Shown here in pieces: positions 42,020 to 54,919 of a stretch of 64,000 nt of DNA. Source of the stretch: Eledone cirrhosa (taxonomy: Eukaryota); contig OZ024740.1 in the NCBI GenBank assembly GCA_964016885.1, positions 150,350,001 to 150,414,000 on the forward strand, given 5' to 3'. Position 1 is the stretch's first letter. Every line of letters begins with the position of its first letter. The notes beneath the pieces were generated by a model, which saw only the letters and a list, made by a program, of their open reading frames with translations, searched no databases and was not told where the DNA came from. Position numbers and translations under genes: made by a program.

Positions 42020-42270
42020 TGCATCAGAGTTATATCAGAGTTTTCCTTCTTCTAGAATTCTGCCTTGACAAAGGCTAAGGGGTCATCTCTCCCGGTGATT
42101 AAGAGCTCCTTTGCCCTTTGACAGGTTTTGTTTTTAGTCCTGCAGGATGTCCAAAGTCACCCTCCTCACCAAGAAACCATGGTGGGGTTGCCAGTTTAGT
42201 CGCCAATGACCCGATCATGAGACAGGTTGTACTGGGATACATGTTACCAGTAGCACCAACTGGTGATCAT
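42020..42270 (-). mobile_element. LINE (RTE-like) 5'-UTR-type repeat; partial relative at ~41195-41280
   Basis: Minus strand CTAGAAGAAGGAAAACTCTGA and motifs shared with 8090-8400. Confidence 0.45.
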
Positions 42271-42984
42271 ACATACATGCATACATACATGCATGCAAAC
42301 ACACATATCTATGCATATACTTACATACTTACATTTATACGTACTTACATGCAACCATACATAAATGCATAAAACATGCATACATACGTTCATACATACA
42401 AACATACATACGTACATACAGAAATGTATACAAAGTTGCATATATACATACGTATTTACATACAAACATACATACTACGTACACACACACACAGACACAC
42501 ATATATATATATAGAGAGAGATAATAATAATAAAAATAATTATATAAATATATACATTAATATATATACATATATATATATACGTACATACATAATTTAT
42601 ACATACATTCATACATAGATATTGTATGTATGTAAATGATCATGTCGTGTTGTAATTAGCATTTGTAAACGGATAGGAATAAGAGATACCGATGAAAATG
42701 ATAACATGCATCCAATGTAGTTTGACCCCTCCCTCTCTTTCTCTAAAAAAATAACATCGGTCTATAGGATGGTATCATTTTATCATTTTATGCAATGTAA
42801 ATAATGCATTTACGAACCATTAACCACGACTTTATGATCAATTATCCGAAATCTACGAATATTGCCGAAAAGAGGCGCTTACAGTTAAAGTAATTACCCC
42901 CAAACACGGAAATGACAAGAAGGAAGCCTATTGGTGGTTATTTTTTAATTAAATTATTTACCTGTTAATTATTTATATTTAAAG

Positions 42985-43320
42985 TGGTGAATTAGCTGAA
43001 TCGATAGAGCATCGGATTTTAAATCCCTCGGTATTTCTTCCAGCTCAGTGCGTTGTGATATCAAATCCCGCCGAGATCACCTTGTCTTTCATCCTTTCGA
43101 CGTCGATTTATAAAGTACCAGTGCAATACTGGTATCGATTTTTCCTCTATATCTCTTCACCACTATCTTGATTTCTCTCGTACTCGTTAGTGTGTCCAAT
43201 TAAAAATGCCTCGATATTTGTTCCGGCTCACTGCGGTCTTACTTCAAATCCTCCCGGGGTCAACTTTATCTTTCAACATTTGGAGGTCGATAAATAATGT
43301 CTTGTACTGGTGTAGATTCT
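42985..43320 (+). mobile_element. two degenerate tRNA-derived SINE copies
   Basis: TCAAATCCCGCCGAGATCACC..TTTCATCCTTTCG..AAGTACCAG and a second, more diverged copy. Confidence 0.65.
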
Positions 43321-43321
43321 C

Positions 43322-43352
<31 letters not shown>

Positions 43353-43916
43353 ACACACTCTCTCCCTCTCTCTATTTCCTTCTCTCTCTCACACACACTC
43401 TCTCTCTCTCTGTTTTTTTCTTTCTTTCTTCCTTTCTCTGGAGTAAATCAGCTGCATTCCAGCCTGACGAGAAATGGGCCTGCCATGTTTGAAATTCCCA
43501 TGACACATTACCAGGAATTAAGAGCCCCTAACTCTGGTTATATAAGAGGTTATCGGAAATCTGCGAGAACTGCTGATGGGAAATACTCACAAATAAACTA
43601 ATGTCGTTAAACATAGAAATTACAAGAACGTATGTATATTAGCGGTTATCTTGTATTAAATCTACAACAGTATATCGCAGCATGTAATGTCATATTTTCA
43701 AGACTGTACATACTCCTCCTCGGGAAGATTCAAAGTCATTTTGGTGGGATCTAAAATGTAGATAAGCATCGCAACCATTATGCAATAATGTGTAAACGTT
43801 TTTTAAAACATGGGTTCTACAGTGAAACATTTTCTGATAGTTGTTCCAAAATTACAGAATAGAAAATCCTCTGCGAGAGATCTGGAACAATACATATCTA
43901 TATATAATTATAATAT

Positions 43917-44298
43917 GTAGATTGGCTGTGGATTCGCAGTATCGGGAAGGGTCGGACGCCATGCTTTGAAGCATAGAGTTACCTCCTTTTATGATCTGAG
44001 TTCAAATCCCGCCGAGGTTAACTTTGCCTTTGATCCTTACGGGGTCGATAAAATAAAGTACCAGTAATGCACTGGGTTAATTGCTGGCCTTGTGCCAAAA
44101 GTAGAAACAATTATAATATCTGGATTGGCAGTATCGGTAGAGAGTCGGACTCCATGCTTTCCAACATAGTTACCTCCCTTTACGGCCTGAGTTCAAATCT
44201 CGCCGAGGTTAACTTTGCCTTTCATCCTTACGGGGTCGATAAAATAAAGTACCAGTAATGTACTGGTTAATTGCTGGCCTTGTGCAAAAAGTAGAAAC
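43917..44298 (+). mobile_element. head-to-tail SINE dimer
   Basis: Two full copies; AATTATAATAT at 43906-43916, 44109-44119 and 44299-44309. Confidence 0.9.
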
Positions 44299-45915
44299 AA
44301 TTATAATATGGGGCTAACCGACCAGAGATGTATAAACCATATTTTAGTCGGTCAGGTTTGATGCAGATAAAATGAAGCAGCCTAACAACATGCATTGTAG
44401 AGTATTAAATACATCGAAAGCCATATACAGTTATATTAAGGTTTATTTTTATGGCTAGGTAGTTATCTTCCTACTCATTCCATTAGCCTGAGCTCGTCAG
44501 ATCGTATAAAAATATTTAAACGAATTCACATAGCTTAAAAAAAAAACTTAAAAATTAAAAAGAAATTCCTGAAAAATTTCAAAAAACCACTCATACCGCC
44601 GATCCATTGTATCACACAAAAAAAAAAAATTCAAGGGAATTTTTGAATTTTTTAAAGGAATTTTTTAAAAATGTAATTGACCGCTTCCTTTTATCTGCAT
44701 CACAGCCGATCGACTAAAATGTTGCTCGCACAAACCCCGTGTATCACTGAAACATAGAGCAATAATCCTACAGTAAATAAAAACATAATCTTCTCTCAAC
44801 AAAATAACATAAATCCAAAACCAAACATCACAGCAAAACAAATCTGTTGTAATATAGTAACACATACCTACTCCCTCAAATGCTGCACCCCACCCCTGTA
44901 AAGATAAGCGTGCACCAACCTGACTCTGTGGTAGTGTAAGATGAAGTGAAACTACTCAAGGAATTCAATATCCAGTATGACCACAGATTTATGGGAAAGG
45001 GCCTGATATGGTTATTTATGAAACAGATAAAAGGTTTGTTAGCTAACAACAGTGAATGACAGAGAATGTGAATAGGAAATGTAAATACTGAGCGGGAGCA
45101 AATCTTGAAGTGTATTAATTTGATGTATCATAAAAAATACTACATTCGTATAGTTGTTCTTTCTGCACCACCAAAGGAACGCCTCTACTTAGCTGTGTGC
45201 TTATATGTGAACGCATATGTAAGTATATAAGGTTGACAGAACTCCAATGTGTGCGTGCACATATATGCACATGCACACATGTACGCCTACACACGCACCT
45301 TGCTGGTCAGCCTCTGTTACACTCTACATTGACCAGGTAGCGCACGCACACGTACACGCACACTGTCGCACGTAGACAATAATACATAGACTGTAGCCCC
45401 CCTCCCCCCCCAAACAGTCCTGATATGACACGCTTCACTATCTTCATACCTTCACAGTTTTGTAAAACAAACTCATATTCCTCGATGCTTATCTCCCATT
45501 TTTTAATTGTCCAAAGCACGAGCCTCGTTCTGAAACCCAACCTTCCAAAATGGCTGACTTACTATACACGTGTTTCCTTTCTGTCTAAAAATCTTTAGTC
45601 TAACTTTCCATTTCTCATTCTATCTTCCGATGCAGGACTCACCTCGGATACATTAAGAATCTTTTCCTATTACACCATGCGTTAAACTAATATATATAAT
45701 ATATCATCATTGTACTGTATTGGTCTCCCGTGCTTTTGTTATTGTTGACCTTTCTTATATATATATATATATATATATTAGAAAGTGAGGTTTTTTTTAC
45801 AAAATGAAAAATAACCGAGGTGTCCTACACGAGTGGAAGTATAAAGAAAAAGGGATGAAATCGAAAATGCAACTGAAGTCTTATTTTTTTTTAAAATATA
45901 TATATTTATTTGGTT

Positions 45916-45953
45916 CCTTTACCGGTTTCGCAGTTCTTCTGCTTTTCAAAAGG
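45916..45953 (-). ncRNA. minimal hammerhead, U3-A8 variant (mirror copy)
   Basis: Reverse complement of 46008-46045. Confidence 0.7.
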
Positions 45954-46007
45954 TGAGTTGAGATGGAGGGTCTGTGAGAAAAACCACAGACCCTCCATCT
46001 CAACTCA

Positions 46008-46045
46008 CCTTTTGAAAAGCAGAAGAACTGCGAAACCGGTAAAGG
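46008..46045 (+). ncRNA. minimal hammerhead, U3-A8 variant
   Basis: CCTT-TTGAAAA-GCAG-AAGAA-CTGC-GAAA-CCGG-TA-AAGG, followed by AATAAA. Confidence 0.75.
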
Positions 46046-46149
46046 AACCAAATAAATATATATATTTAAAAATAAAATAAGACTTCAGTTGCATTTTCGA
46101 TTTCATCCCTTTTTCTTTATATATATATATATATATATATATAATAACA

Positions 46150-46184
<35 letters not shown>

Positions 46185-46400
46185 CCATCTCGCAGTCTTT
46201 TTCTCACTTACACTCGCTGGGGTCAATCGTGTCTTTACCTTCGCCCACACGTTCTCGAACTTAAGTTCTGTTACCGCTGTGGTCTTGGATTTTCTTACCT
46301 TAAGTTGCTCGCACATTCCCTGGTTTGTTGTTTTTTTCGCTGTTTTATCCTTTCTTCCCTTTTTCCCTTTTCCTTTCTATTTTCCTTCCCTCCCTCCTTC

Positions 46401-46509
46401 GTTTTCCCAACAACTTACCCGATTATTGAACGCTCTGGAGGTAGATATATTGTCTTTAAAGCGTTGAAATATCCGAGATCCCCAGTAGACAGCTGATGAG
46501 GAAAACTCC
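46401..46509 (+). ncRNA. candidate non-circularly permuted hammerhead-like RNA, copy 2
   Basis: GATA-TA pairs with GAAA-TATC; AACGCT/AGCGTT precedes GAAA; TTGTCT/AGACAG precedes CTGATGA; GTTTTCC/GGAAAAC closes the motif. Confidence 0.6.
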
Positions 46510-46589
46510 CCCCCCCCACCGCTGTTGCTTTCTTCTTATTCTCATTCCATTTTTAAGCCTAAGTTAAATAGCAACTACACAGCCAATCC

Positions 46590-46690
<101 letters not shown>

Positions 46691-46703
46691 ATATATATAT
46701 ATC

Positions 46704-47010
46704 AACAATACATAGCAGAGTATACATTTTTAATATAGAAATGGCTTCTACAGGACTAGAACTGTTTCATTCAAAAGAAATAATTGGGAAGGAAATCATC
46801 AGGAGACGCTTTCCTGATGATTTCCTTGGAATAAAAGAGTTCTAACCGTGTAGAAACCATTTATATATATATATATATGATGATTTCCTTCCCAATTATT
46901 TCCTTTGAATGAAACAGTTCTAGTCCTGTAGAAGCCATTTCTATATTAAAAATGTATACTCTGTTATGTATTAAGTGCCTTACTGTGGTTACCCCCGATA
47001 AAGCCCGGGA
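46704..47010. mobile_element. HHR-bearing fold-back element; same family as 6582-6768
   Basis: Inverted arms with three partial (C)TGATGA...GAAACAG..CTGTAGAAG cores. Confidence 0.7.
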
Positions 47011-47679
47011 TACACACACATATATATAATACATATGTGCATACATACATATAAAAAACATGTGTACATATATTGTGTGTGTTTAATACTGATTATTCTA
47101 ATTCCCCACCTTCATCCTTACACATACATTCTAATCCAACCCCAAATAGGAACCATTACACTATTGTCCTACACCTTTGTCTTCTCCGTCGCCTCTTCAA
47201 TCCCTCCCTCCTCTCATCTCTCTTCCTTTGCCTCGCTAATGTATTCGGTTTAGGCGTTAAAAGCGAAAATTCAAATACCTCTTCCATGTTCCCCCTCCTC
47301 CTCACTTTTAATAAAAGGTTGCCTCGAAGGCAAACAGAGATCTGTAAACAGCAACAACCACTGCAGCACCAACAAGAATAAGAAGAACAACAACAACGCA
47401 ATACAAATAACAAAATAGTCAACAACATAATCACAACAGTAACAACAATAATAGCAGCAGCCACCACAACAACAGCATTAACAATAATATCATCATCATC
47501 ATTATCATCAACAACATCTATAATAACAACAATAAGAAGAACATCAACAACGACAACAACAGCACAACCTCAACAGCAACCATATCAACACTAGTCATAA
47601 CCACAACAGTATCATCAATAATAGCCCCAATAACAACATCAGTAACAAAGATAATAGCAACATCAATGTGAACATCAGC

Positions 47680-48045
47680 CAACTAAGAGGCCTTAGTTCA
47701 GCTTGCTAGAAATAGCAGCCAAAATCCTCCTTAATCACACTTTGCTGCCTAAGGTAAGTTTGACAATATAAGCCTAAATACACAATGCTTTAAAAAAAGA
47801 CGCGATGATCACAGCTAGAAAACCTTTCATCATAGGCCTGTTTGATCATTGACCGACATGGGGCTAAACAATAATGTAACAAAAGCCGATGAGAGAACTT
47901 TACATGGCTACTCGATCAACTAGAAATAGCTGCTAAATCTTTTTCAATTCACAAAATGAATAGATACTTTGGATAATGTTGTCCTTGATACACCATATCT
48001 AGAGGAAAGATGGCATCATTCACGGCTGGAATGCCTTTTCATTAT
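47680..48045 (+). repeat. two diverged tandem copies of an interspersed repeat
   Basis: CTAGAAATAGC(A/T)GC(C/T)AAA and CAC(A/G)GCT(A/G)GAA..CCTTT each occur twice. Confidence 0.5.
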
Positions 48046-48049
48046 AGGG

Positions 48050-48405
48050 CAGCGGTTTGGCAGTATCGGTAGGTCATCGGACAACATGCTTTGCAGCATA
48101 GAGTTACGGCTCTTTATGATCTGAGTTCAAACCCGCCGAAGTTAACTTTCATCCTTATGGAGTCGATAAAATAAAGTACCAGTCACAGACTGAGTCGATT
48201 TAATCGACTTACCCCTCCCCAAAAATTGTTGGTCTTGTGTCTATATAAGAAACCATTATTGGTAGCGTCGGACAACATGTTTATGGCATAGGGTTACACC
48301 CCATTACGATCTGAGTTCAAATCCAGCCAAGGTGAGCTTTGCCTTTCATCCATACGGGATCGATAAAATAAAGTACTAGTAATACACTGGGGTAGATTTA
48401 ATTGA
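48050..48405 (+). mobile_element. two tandem tRNA-derived SINE copies
   Basis: CTGAGTTCAAA at 48121 and ~48311 with family body. Confidence 0.85.
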
Positions 48406-48407
48406 CT

Positions 48408-48724
48408 CTCCTCTTAAAGTGGGCGCTACCCCCCCCCCGGGGGCGTTGAGAAAGTCCAGGGGGCGCTGGGGCCTAAGGGGCGGTGGGGGTAGAGATGATA
48501 TAATAGTATATTAAATATCAAATGATACATGTTAATAAAATATTTATTTATACATAGTATATATTGTATTATTTATTATATATAAATTAACGATTTTATT
48601 TATATATTATTTACAATTTGCATGTAGGCAGGTCTCTCTGGAAATATGGGGGGGGGGGGGGTCGCTGAGGGTATTACGTGGCCGTGAGGTGGGCGGTGGC
48701 CGGAAAAGCTTGAGAACCTCAGCT
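48408..48724. mobile_element. hAT-like MITE remnant
   Basis: GC-rich subterminal GGGGGCG blocks; right end AAAAGCTTGAGAACC; left end eroded. Confidence 0.45.
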
Positions 48725-49841
48725 GTAGAGAATTAACAGGGATAAATGTACTACTTATAGCAATGACAGATTGCTTTTAAACTATTCTTTGTAAAAACAT
48801 CTAACCATACAAGTAATGTTCACGAAGCTTTCACAACAAACTAACGAGCCAACGTTAGAGCCTCAATCTGGTCATTTTCTCTGCTAGAAACCTCAGACAA
48901 ATCTTCCCCAAACCACCACTCTCCACCGTTTCAAAATAAGAATGGGAGGATACATTGGTATAAGTAAACATCACACTATACGTAAACATCACACTAACAT
49001 TTAAAATAATTTTAGTCTCCAGTCGCCCTTGATTCAATCGAGACTCAGAATTAGTCTCATTTTGCAGAGAACATTTTTAGAAGATTATAACACATTAAAT
49101 CTAATGTATTTCCAAAAGAACAATAATTTATTTAACACACACTCTTATCAAGTATATTAGAATTATTCTACTAACATTTTCATACTATTATATTTCCTTT
49201 TATTTTATCTTCACCAGAAAGCAAGCAGTTTCAACATAAAGTTCATTGTAACTAATAGCAACAGCAGATTTCCACAAGGGCTCTTTGTTTTTTTAAAATC
49301 ATAATATGATTTCTAATTTGTAATATTATATCATTGTAATTATTCAATAATCTATCTATATAATTCTAAAAGTCTGTGATTGCTTGCTTTCTTGTCTGTA
49401 ATGTAATACAGCAAAAAGAGCGCATAATGGGAAAATACTTTGAAAGTTGAAATGGGAATACAAATGGAATAAAACAAGTTAACATGATTTCAAAGTGAAC
49501 ATAACATGTTTTAAAAAAATATTTTGAAGTGAACATGTCCCAACGGGTCACGGGGGTGGCTAGTAACTATTAAAACTAGAACTTTTATTATACAAGGGTT
49601 CCGCCTTTTAATAATCTTAATTAATTATTTACACCCAGACTCAATGTTGCTTTGTCTAATCATTATTTTTACTTAATTATTAGCTATTCATAAATTTCTA
49701 TTAAAACATCAGTTTATTAACCTCCATCAAATTTATGTCAGTACTATTTTTCCAAAACTTGATTTTCAATTACTTCTAAATCCCCTGACCATTAAGATAT
49801 ATACTCATTAACCATGTTACAATCTTGTACATCGTATTTAA

Positions 49842-50058
49842 CCCTTTAGCATTTACATTACTATATATTTACTATTATATTTTCTTGTAAAAGCTTTACC
49901 TCACATAATTATCTCACACAATATCGAATCTATGAGATTTTGGTATTATTTATTTTGAGAATACCTTAACATCAATATGAGCGGTCGGTTACAGCCGGTT
50001 TTAACAGAAAGAGATGAGAGAATTTTAGCCGGATACAGCCGGTTTAAATGCTAAAGGG
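49842..50058. mobile_element. piggyBac-type MITE
   Basis: TTAA|CCCTTTAGCATTTA ... TAAATGCTAAAGGG|TTAC. Confidence 0.75.
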
Positions 50059-51309
50059 TTACACCTGTAAGTTCCTTTCTTCTGTTTGTCCTGTTTTTAT
50101 TTCTATCTTATTTCATCCATTTTGCTTTTGTTTTATTCTAACATATATTTGAATGTATACTTTTACACATTTTCTTGTCATTTGAAGGTATGTGTTATAT
50201 ATTTATATCTCTATAAAGTTATTTTAAACTTTTTGTACACCTCTTTGTAACCCTTCTAATAATTCATAATAATTCATATTCTCGCTTTTGTTCTGAAGTA
50301 TTTATTTTCACACATTTTATTTGACATCATATCTGAATTATATTGTTTTTGATTTAATAATTCCACTGTTAATAATTTCATATATAACAAACTTTTCACG
50401 GCCTTTAAACATCTACCTGCTTACGTTGTGCTCGTTGTTGTATTTCTTTTTTATAATTTCCCCCAAACACAATCTAGAAGCTTTTTTCACAAAACAAATA
50501 TCCTAAAATACCTCCTCTCAGTTTCACACGCTCATCAATAAAAAAGACTTTCCCCAGATCCAATGTTTGCTTACGTATGTTTCTTTTTAAATTACAGCGC
50601 CTGTAGTTGATTCTGATTGCTTGTATTTAAAAAAAATGTTATCAAACAAAGCAAAGCTTCTTTTTAATTTCCCTACTTTATGCTATCAGAGTAGGTTACA
50701 GTAAGTCAAGCGAGTTGAAATAGCTCTCTCAACGCAGCTCACTCGGTATTCTCCGGTGTAAAGTCATTGCAATTCTGTCAACTGGAACCACGAGACAACA
50801 CCCCCACCTGAGATTTTGCAGGTCAGAGAAGCAGAATGAGCGAACGAAAGAACGGGTCAACTTTCATTGGCTGGTCTGAGCTGTTAACCTTGGCTATAAA
50901 CATGCATGCATGCATACATACATACAAACAAACACGCATGCATACTTACATAATACATGCATACATAGATGCATGCATACATATATAGATGCATTCATAC
51001 TTACATACATACATACAAACATACATAAATATGTATGTACGTAAATACATACATACATACGTAAGTACATACACTATAACAAGATTTACCATTAATACTA
51101 GAATCACCTTGGTGAAGTAATATACACATTCATACCACCCCCTGAATTTAATGATACTTCTGATCAACATATAACAAATTGTAATCAGTAACAAGTGATA
51201 ATTTCCTCACATATTGATATGACACAGTAATGTTATTTTAAAATTTAAACGATGTATATTCAATTTTATTTACACTTTATCAAGCGCACGAAAATCAAAA
51301 GGCACGTGT

Positions 51310-51840
51310 GCTGAGTTCAAATCACGCGCATTACCGAAATAAAGTACCAATTCAGTAACGGGGTCGATTTTTCTCACTTTCTCTTCCTTACCTCTCCCTT
51401 TTTTCCTCATATCTCCCCACTTTCTCTCTTCTTGAAGAAATCAGTTGTGTTCCGAGCTGATATTAAACTGCGCTTCACCAGGTTTAAAACCCTCCAAAAC
51501 ATGCGTGTCAGGACCGCGCCCCTACAAGCTGAATTAGAAGCCTTAGCTGTGAAAATATCATACATACATATATGGTATGGATCCGTAACTCCCAAGGAAG
51601 TCGTAGGGGCGCCATATTGACATACGGCGTTTTTTGGGCATTTTTACAACTGGCGGAGCCCATCTCTTCTTCAGGCCTGAATACAGCAGATTTCCTCCAG
51701 AGAAGAATAGAGAGAGTGAAAGAAAGGAATTCAGAAAAAGATATAGAGGAAGAATCAACCCAGTACTTGACTGGTAATTTTTTATCGACCTTGAAAGGAT
51801 GAAAGGCAAAGTTGACCTCGGCGGGATTTGAACTTAGAAA
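51310..51840. repeat. imperfect ~530-bp palindrome with SINE-like outer ends
   Basis: GCGCCCCTAC/GTAGGGGCGC, AGAAATCAGTTGTGTTC/GAATACAGCAGATTTCC, and outer GAGTTCAAATC/GATTTGAACT. Confidence 0.65.
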
Positions 51841-51848
51841 GCAGAGCC

Positions 51849-51912
<64 letters not shown>

Positions 51913-52109
51913 GTATATGTATATATGTATATATATATGTATATATATATGTATATGTATATATGTATATATATATGTATATATATATGTATATATATAT
52001 GTATATATATATATATGTATATGTATATATGTATATATATATGTATATATATATATGCATGTATATATGTATATATATATGTATATATATATGTATATAT
52101 ATATGTATA

Positions 52110-52156
<47 letters not shown>

Positions 52157-52197
52157 GTATATATATATGTAGATATATATGTATATATGAGACAGAG

Positions 52198-53115
52198 AGG
52201 AACCCAAGGCTAGTGCTTCCTTAAAATGCCACACCTGGGCGAGAATACCACCAACGCTATCCGCAAGGCTATACGGAGGGAGGGCCTCGACATCCACCTG
52301 GCCCACTCGGGCCCCTCCGTGCGAAGATGCCTCCCCAGGAAACCCGGGAAATCAACTGACACGTGCTCCCTCAGAGACTGCCCGATACGCCATGCGAACT
52401 GTTGCCTACGCACATACGTCGTGTCTAAGATAGAATGTAACGAGTGCAATCAATACTATATAGGTAGCACAATCCGACCTTTGCACATCCGGATCAAGGA
52501 ACACACTAAAACCAGGGCCTCGTCTTTCTGGAAACACATAGACAAATGCGGAAACAAAGACGGAAGGCCCATTGTCACAATTCTAGCGACTGAAAGAAAC
52601 GTCGGCACGTTACGTATCAAGGTAGAACTTTGGATCAAACGCCTAGAGCCACAAATAAACAATCGATCCGAGAGAAGCGAAATGAGGTGGTTGGTTTAAG
52701 TTAACAATCGATGCAGCAACACACGCACACACACACAGTAGCATTCCACCATACGAACATACTACACTGCCAATACAGAGGAACAAGGCAACAACACACG
52801 CACACACACACACTCAAGCGAGACAACAACACACGCACACACACACACAGTAACATTTAACAAACAGGCAGAGAATGGACTGACAGCTAGCGCCACCCCA
52901 CTCCCACAATTGAAAGAACTATTTCGGCCGCTGACCTCTGCCCGACCGACCCCATTTCACGCGCACGCGCGCTCTGTTGAATACCTCAGATATTCAAAAC
53001 AACGAACAGCGGAGGACGCGTTTCGCACCTTTCCGACAGACAACCTTTCCCCCACCCCGGAAAAAAAACCCAATTGATGGATGTGAATCCGAAATATATA
53101 GGGACAATTAAATCT
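52198..53115 (+). mobile_element. 5'-truncated Penelope-like element
   Basis: GIY-YIG ORF, CA-rich 3' UTR, decayed HHR CC-CAATTGA-T-GGAT/ATCC-GAAA-TATA-TA-GG at 53069-53103. Confidence 0.85.
52226..52699 (+). CDS. Penelope GIY-YIG endonuclease C-terminal fragment
   Basis: [42 protein letters not shown]...LEPQINNR. Confidence 0.8.
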   Translation: MPHLGENTTNAIRKAIRREGLDIHLAHSGPSVRRCLPRKPGKSTDTCSLRDCPIRHANCCLRTYVVSKIECNECNQYYIGSTIRPLHIRIKEHTKTRASSFWKHIDKCGNKDGRPIVTILATERNVGTLRIKVELWIKRLEPQINNRSERSEMRWLV

Positions 53116-53398
53116 CTCCCAAGGTAACTCTCTCTCGTGTTGTTATTTTTATTTTATCCTTTATGCTCTTTCCTTCATTCCTCTACACGTCTTATACACG
53201 CTACACATCTCAACGTACACCCACTTACATCTCTCTCTCCACCACCAGATCTTGTTACCCGGAGATTTACCCATTTGCATTGTCGAGGCTTCCAAACGAC
53301 TTAAAGAAATTTACCTTATTATTCCACAATGCTTCAAGCAAACTTCAATACTCTCTTATATATATATAAGATCAAAAGATGGTTAAAAGAGTTCCATG

Positions 53399-53469
53399 TA
53401 TTTTATTATGCGCATTTCAAAAACAAATATCATCATGCAATAACATTTGTGTTTTCATCAGATAAAATA
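53399..53469 (-). ncRNA. type I hammerhead; homolog of 30739-30809
   Basis: Same stems I and III; stem II ACAAATGTTATT/GATGATATTTGT stays paired despite substitutions. Confidence 0.8.
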
Positions 53470-53524
53470 GGAAGACATGATATGAAGGTTAGAAAACACT
53501 TGTGGATAGTGCAGTTTTAAATAA

Positions 53525-53588
<64 letters not shown>

Positions 53589-53607
53589 ATATATATATAT
53601 AAATATA

Positions 53608-54311
<704 letters not shown>

Positions 54312-54356
54312 AGTAAGTCAAACATGTTAAATTTGGCTTCGTTTATTATAAATTCT

Positions 54357-54409
54357 CTGCTTTATATATTTCTGTGACAGCTATTATTGGCTGTGACCTC
54401 ATCGGGCAG
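54357..54409 (-). ncRNA. degenerate hammerhead motif
   Basis: CTGC-CCGATGA-GGTCACAGC/GCTGTCACA-GAAA-TATA-TA-AAGCAG; core mutated. Confidence 0.45.
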
Positions 54410-54493
54410 TACGAATTAATGTAGAAAAAACAGGTAAACATGGTGTTGAAATGTGTTCCACTGTCAATTCATCGATATGTCCAGCTCCTGGGC

Positions 54494-54828
54494 GTGTTGT
54501 TAGTCCTCCGAGGAACTGGATTTAAACCAAATTTAACATGTTTGACTTACTTATTTTACATTACTCCGGAGTAAACAAACCAACCTGCGTACTTCGTCGA
54601 GTGCTCCAATCTGCATACTGAAGTGTCGGCAAACAACCAACACATACTCAATATATATATATATATATATAAATTTTGAGTATGTGTTGGTTGTTTGCCG
54701 ACACTTCAGTATGCAGATTGGAGCACTCGACGAAGTACGCAGGTTGGTTTGTTTACTCCGGAGTAATGTAAAATAAGTAAGTCAAACATGTTAAATTTGG
54801 TTTAAATCCAGTTCCTCGGAGGACTAAC

Positions 54829-54833
<5 letters not shown>
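54494..54833. repeat. 158-bp-arm inverted repeat around a (TA)n spacer
   Basis: 54494-54651 versus 54676-54833, apparently perfect. Confidence 0.95.
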
Positions 54834-54905
<72 letters not shown>

Positions 54906-54919
54906 GTGTGTGTGTGTGT

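Larger units (their letters stand above)
45840..46121. repeat. near-perfect 137-bp-arm hairpin carrying mirrored hammerheads
   Basis: Arms 45840-45976 and 45985-46121; loop AGAAAAAC. Confidence 0.95.

Noticed and set aside
53010-53045. Minus-strand GCGAAACGCGTC hammerhead half
   Set aside because: No recognisable CUGANGA partner.
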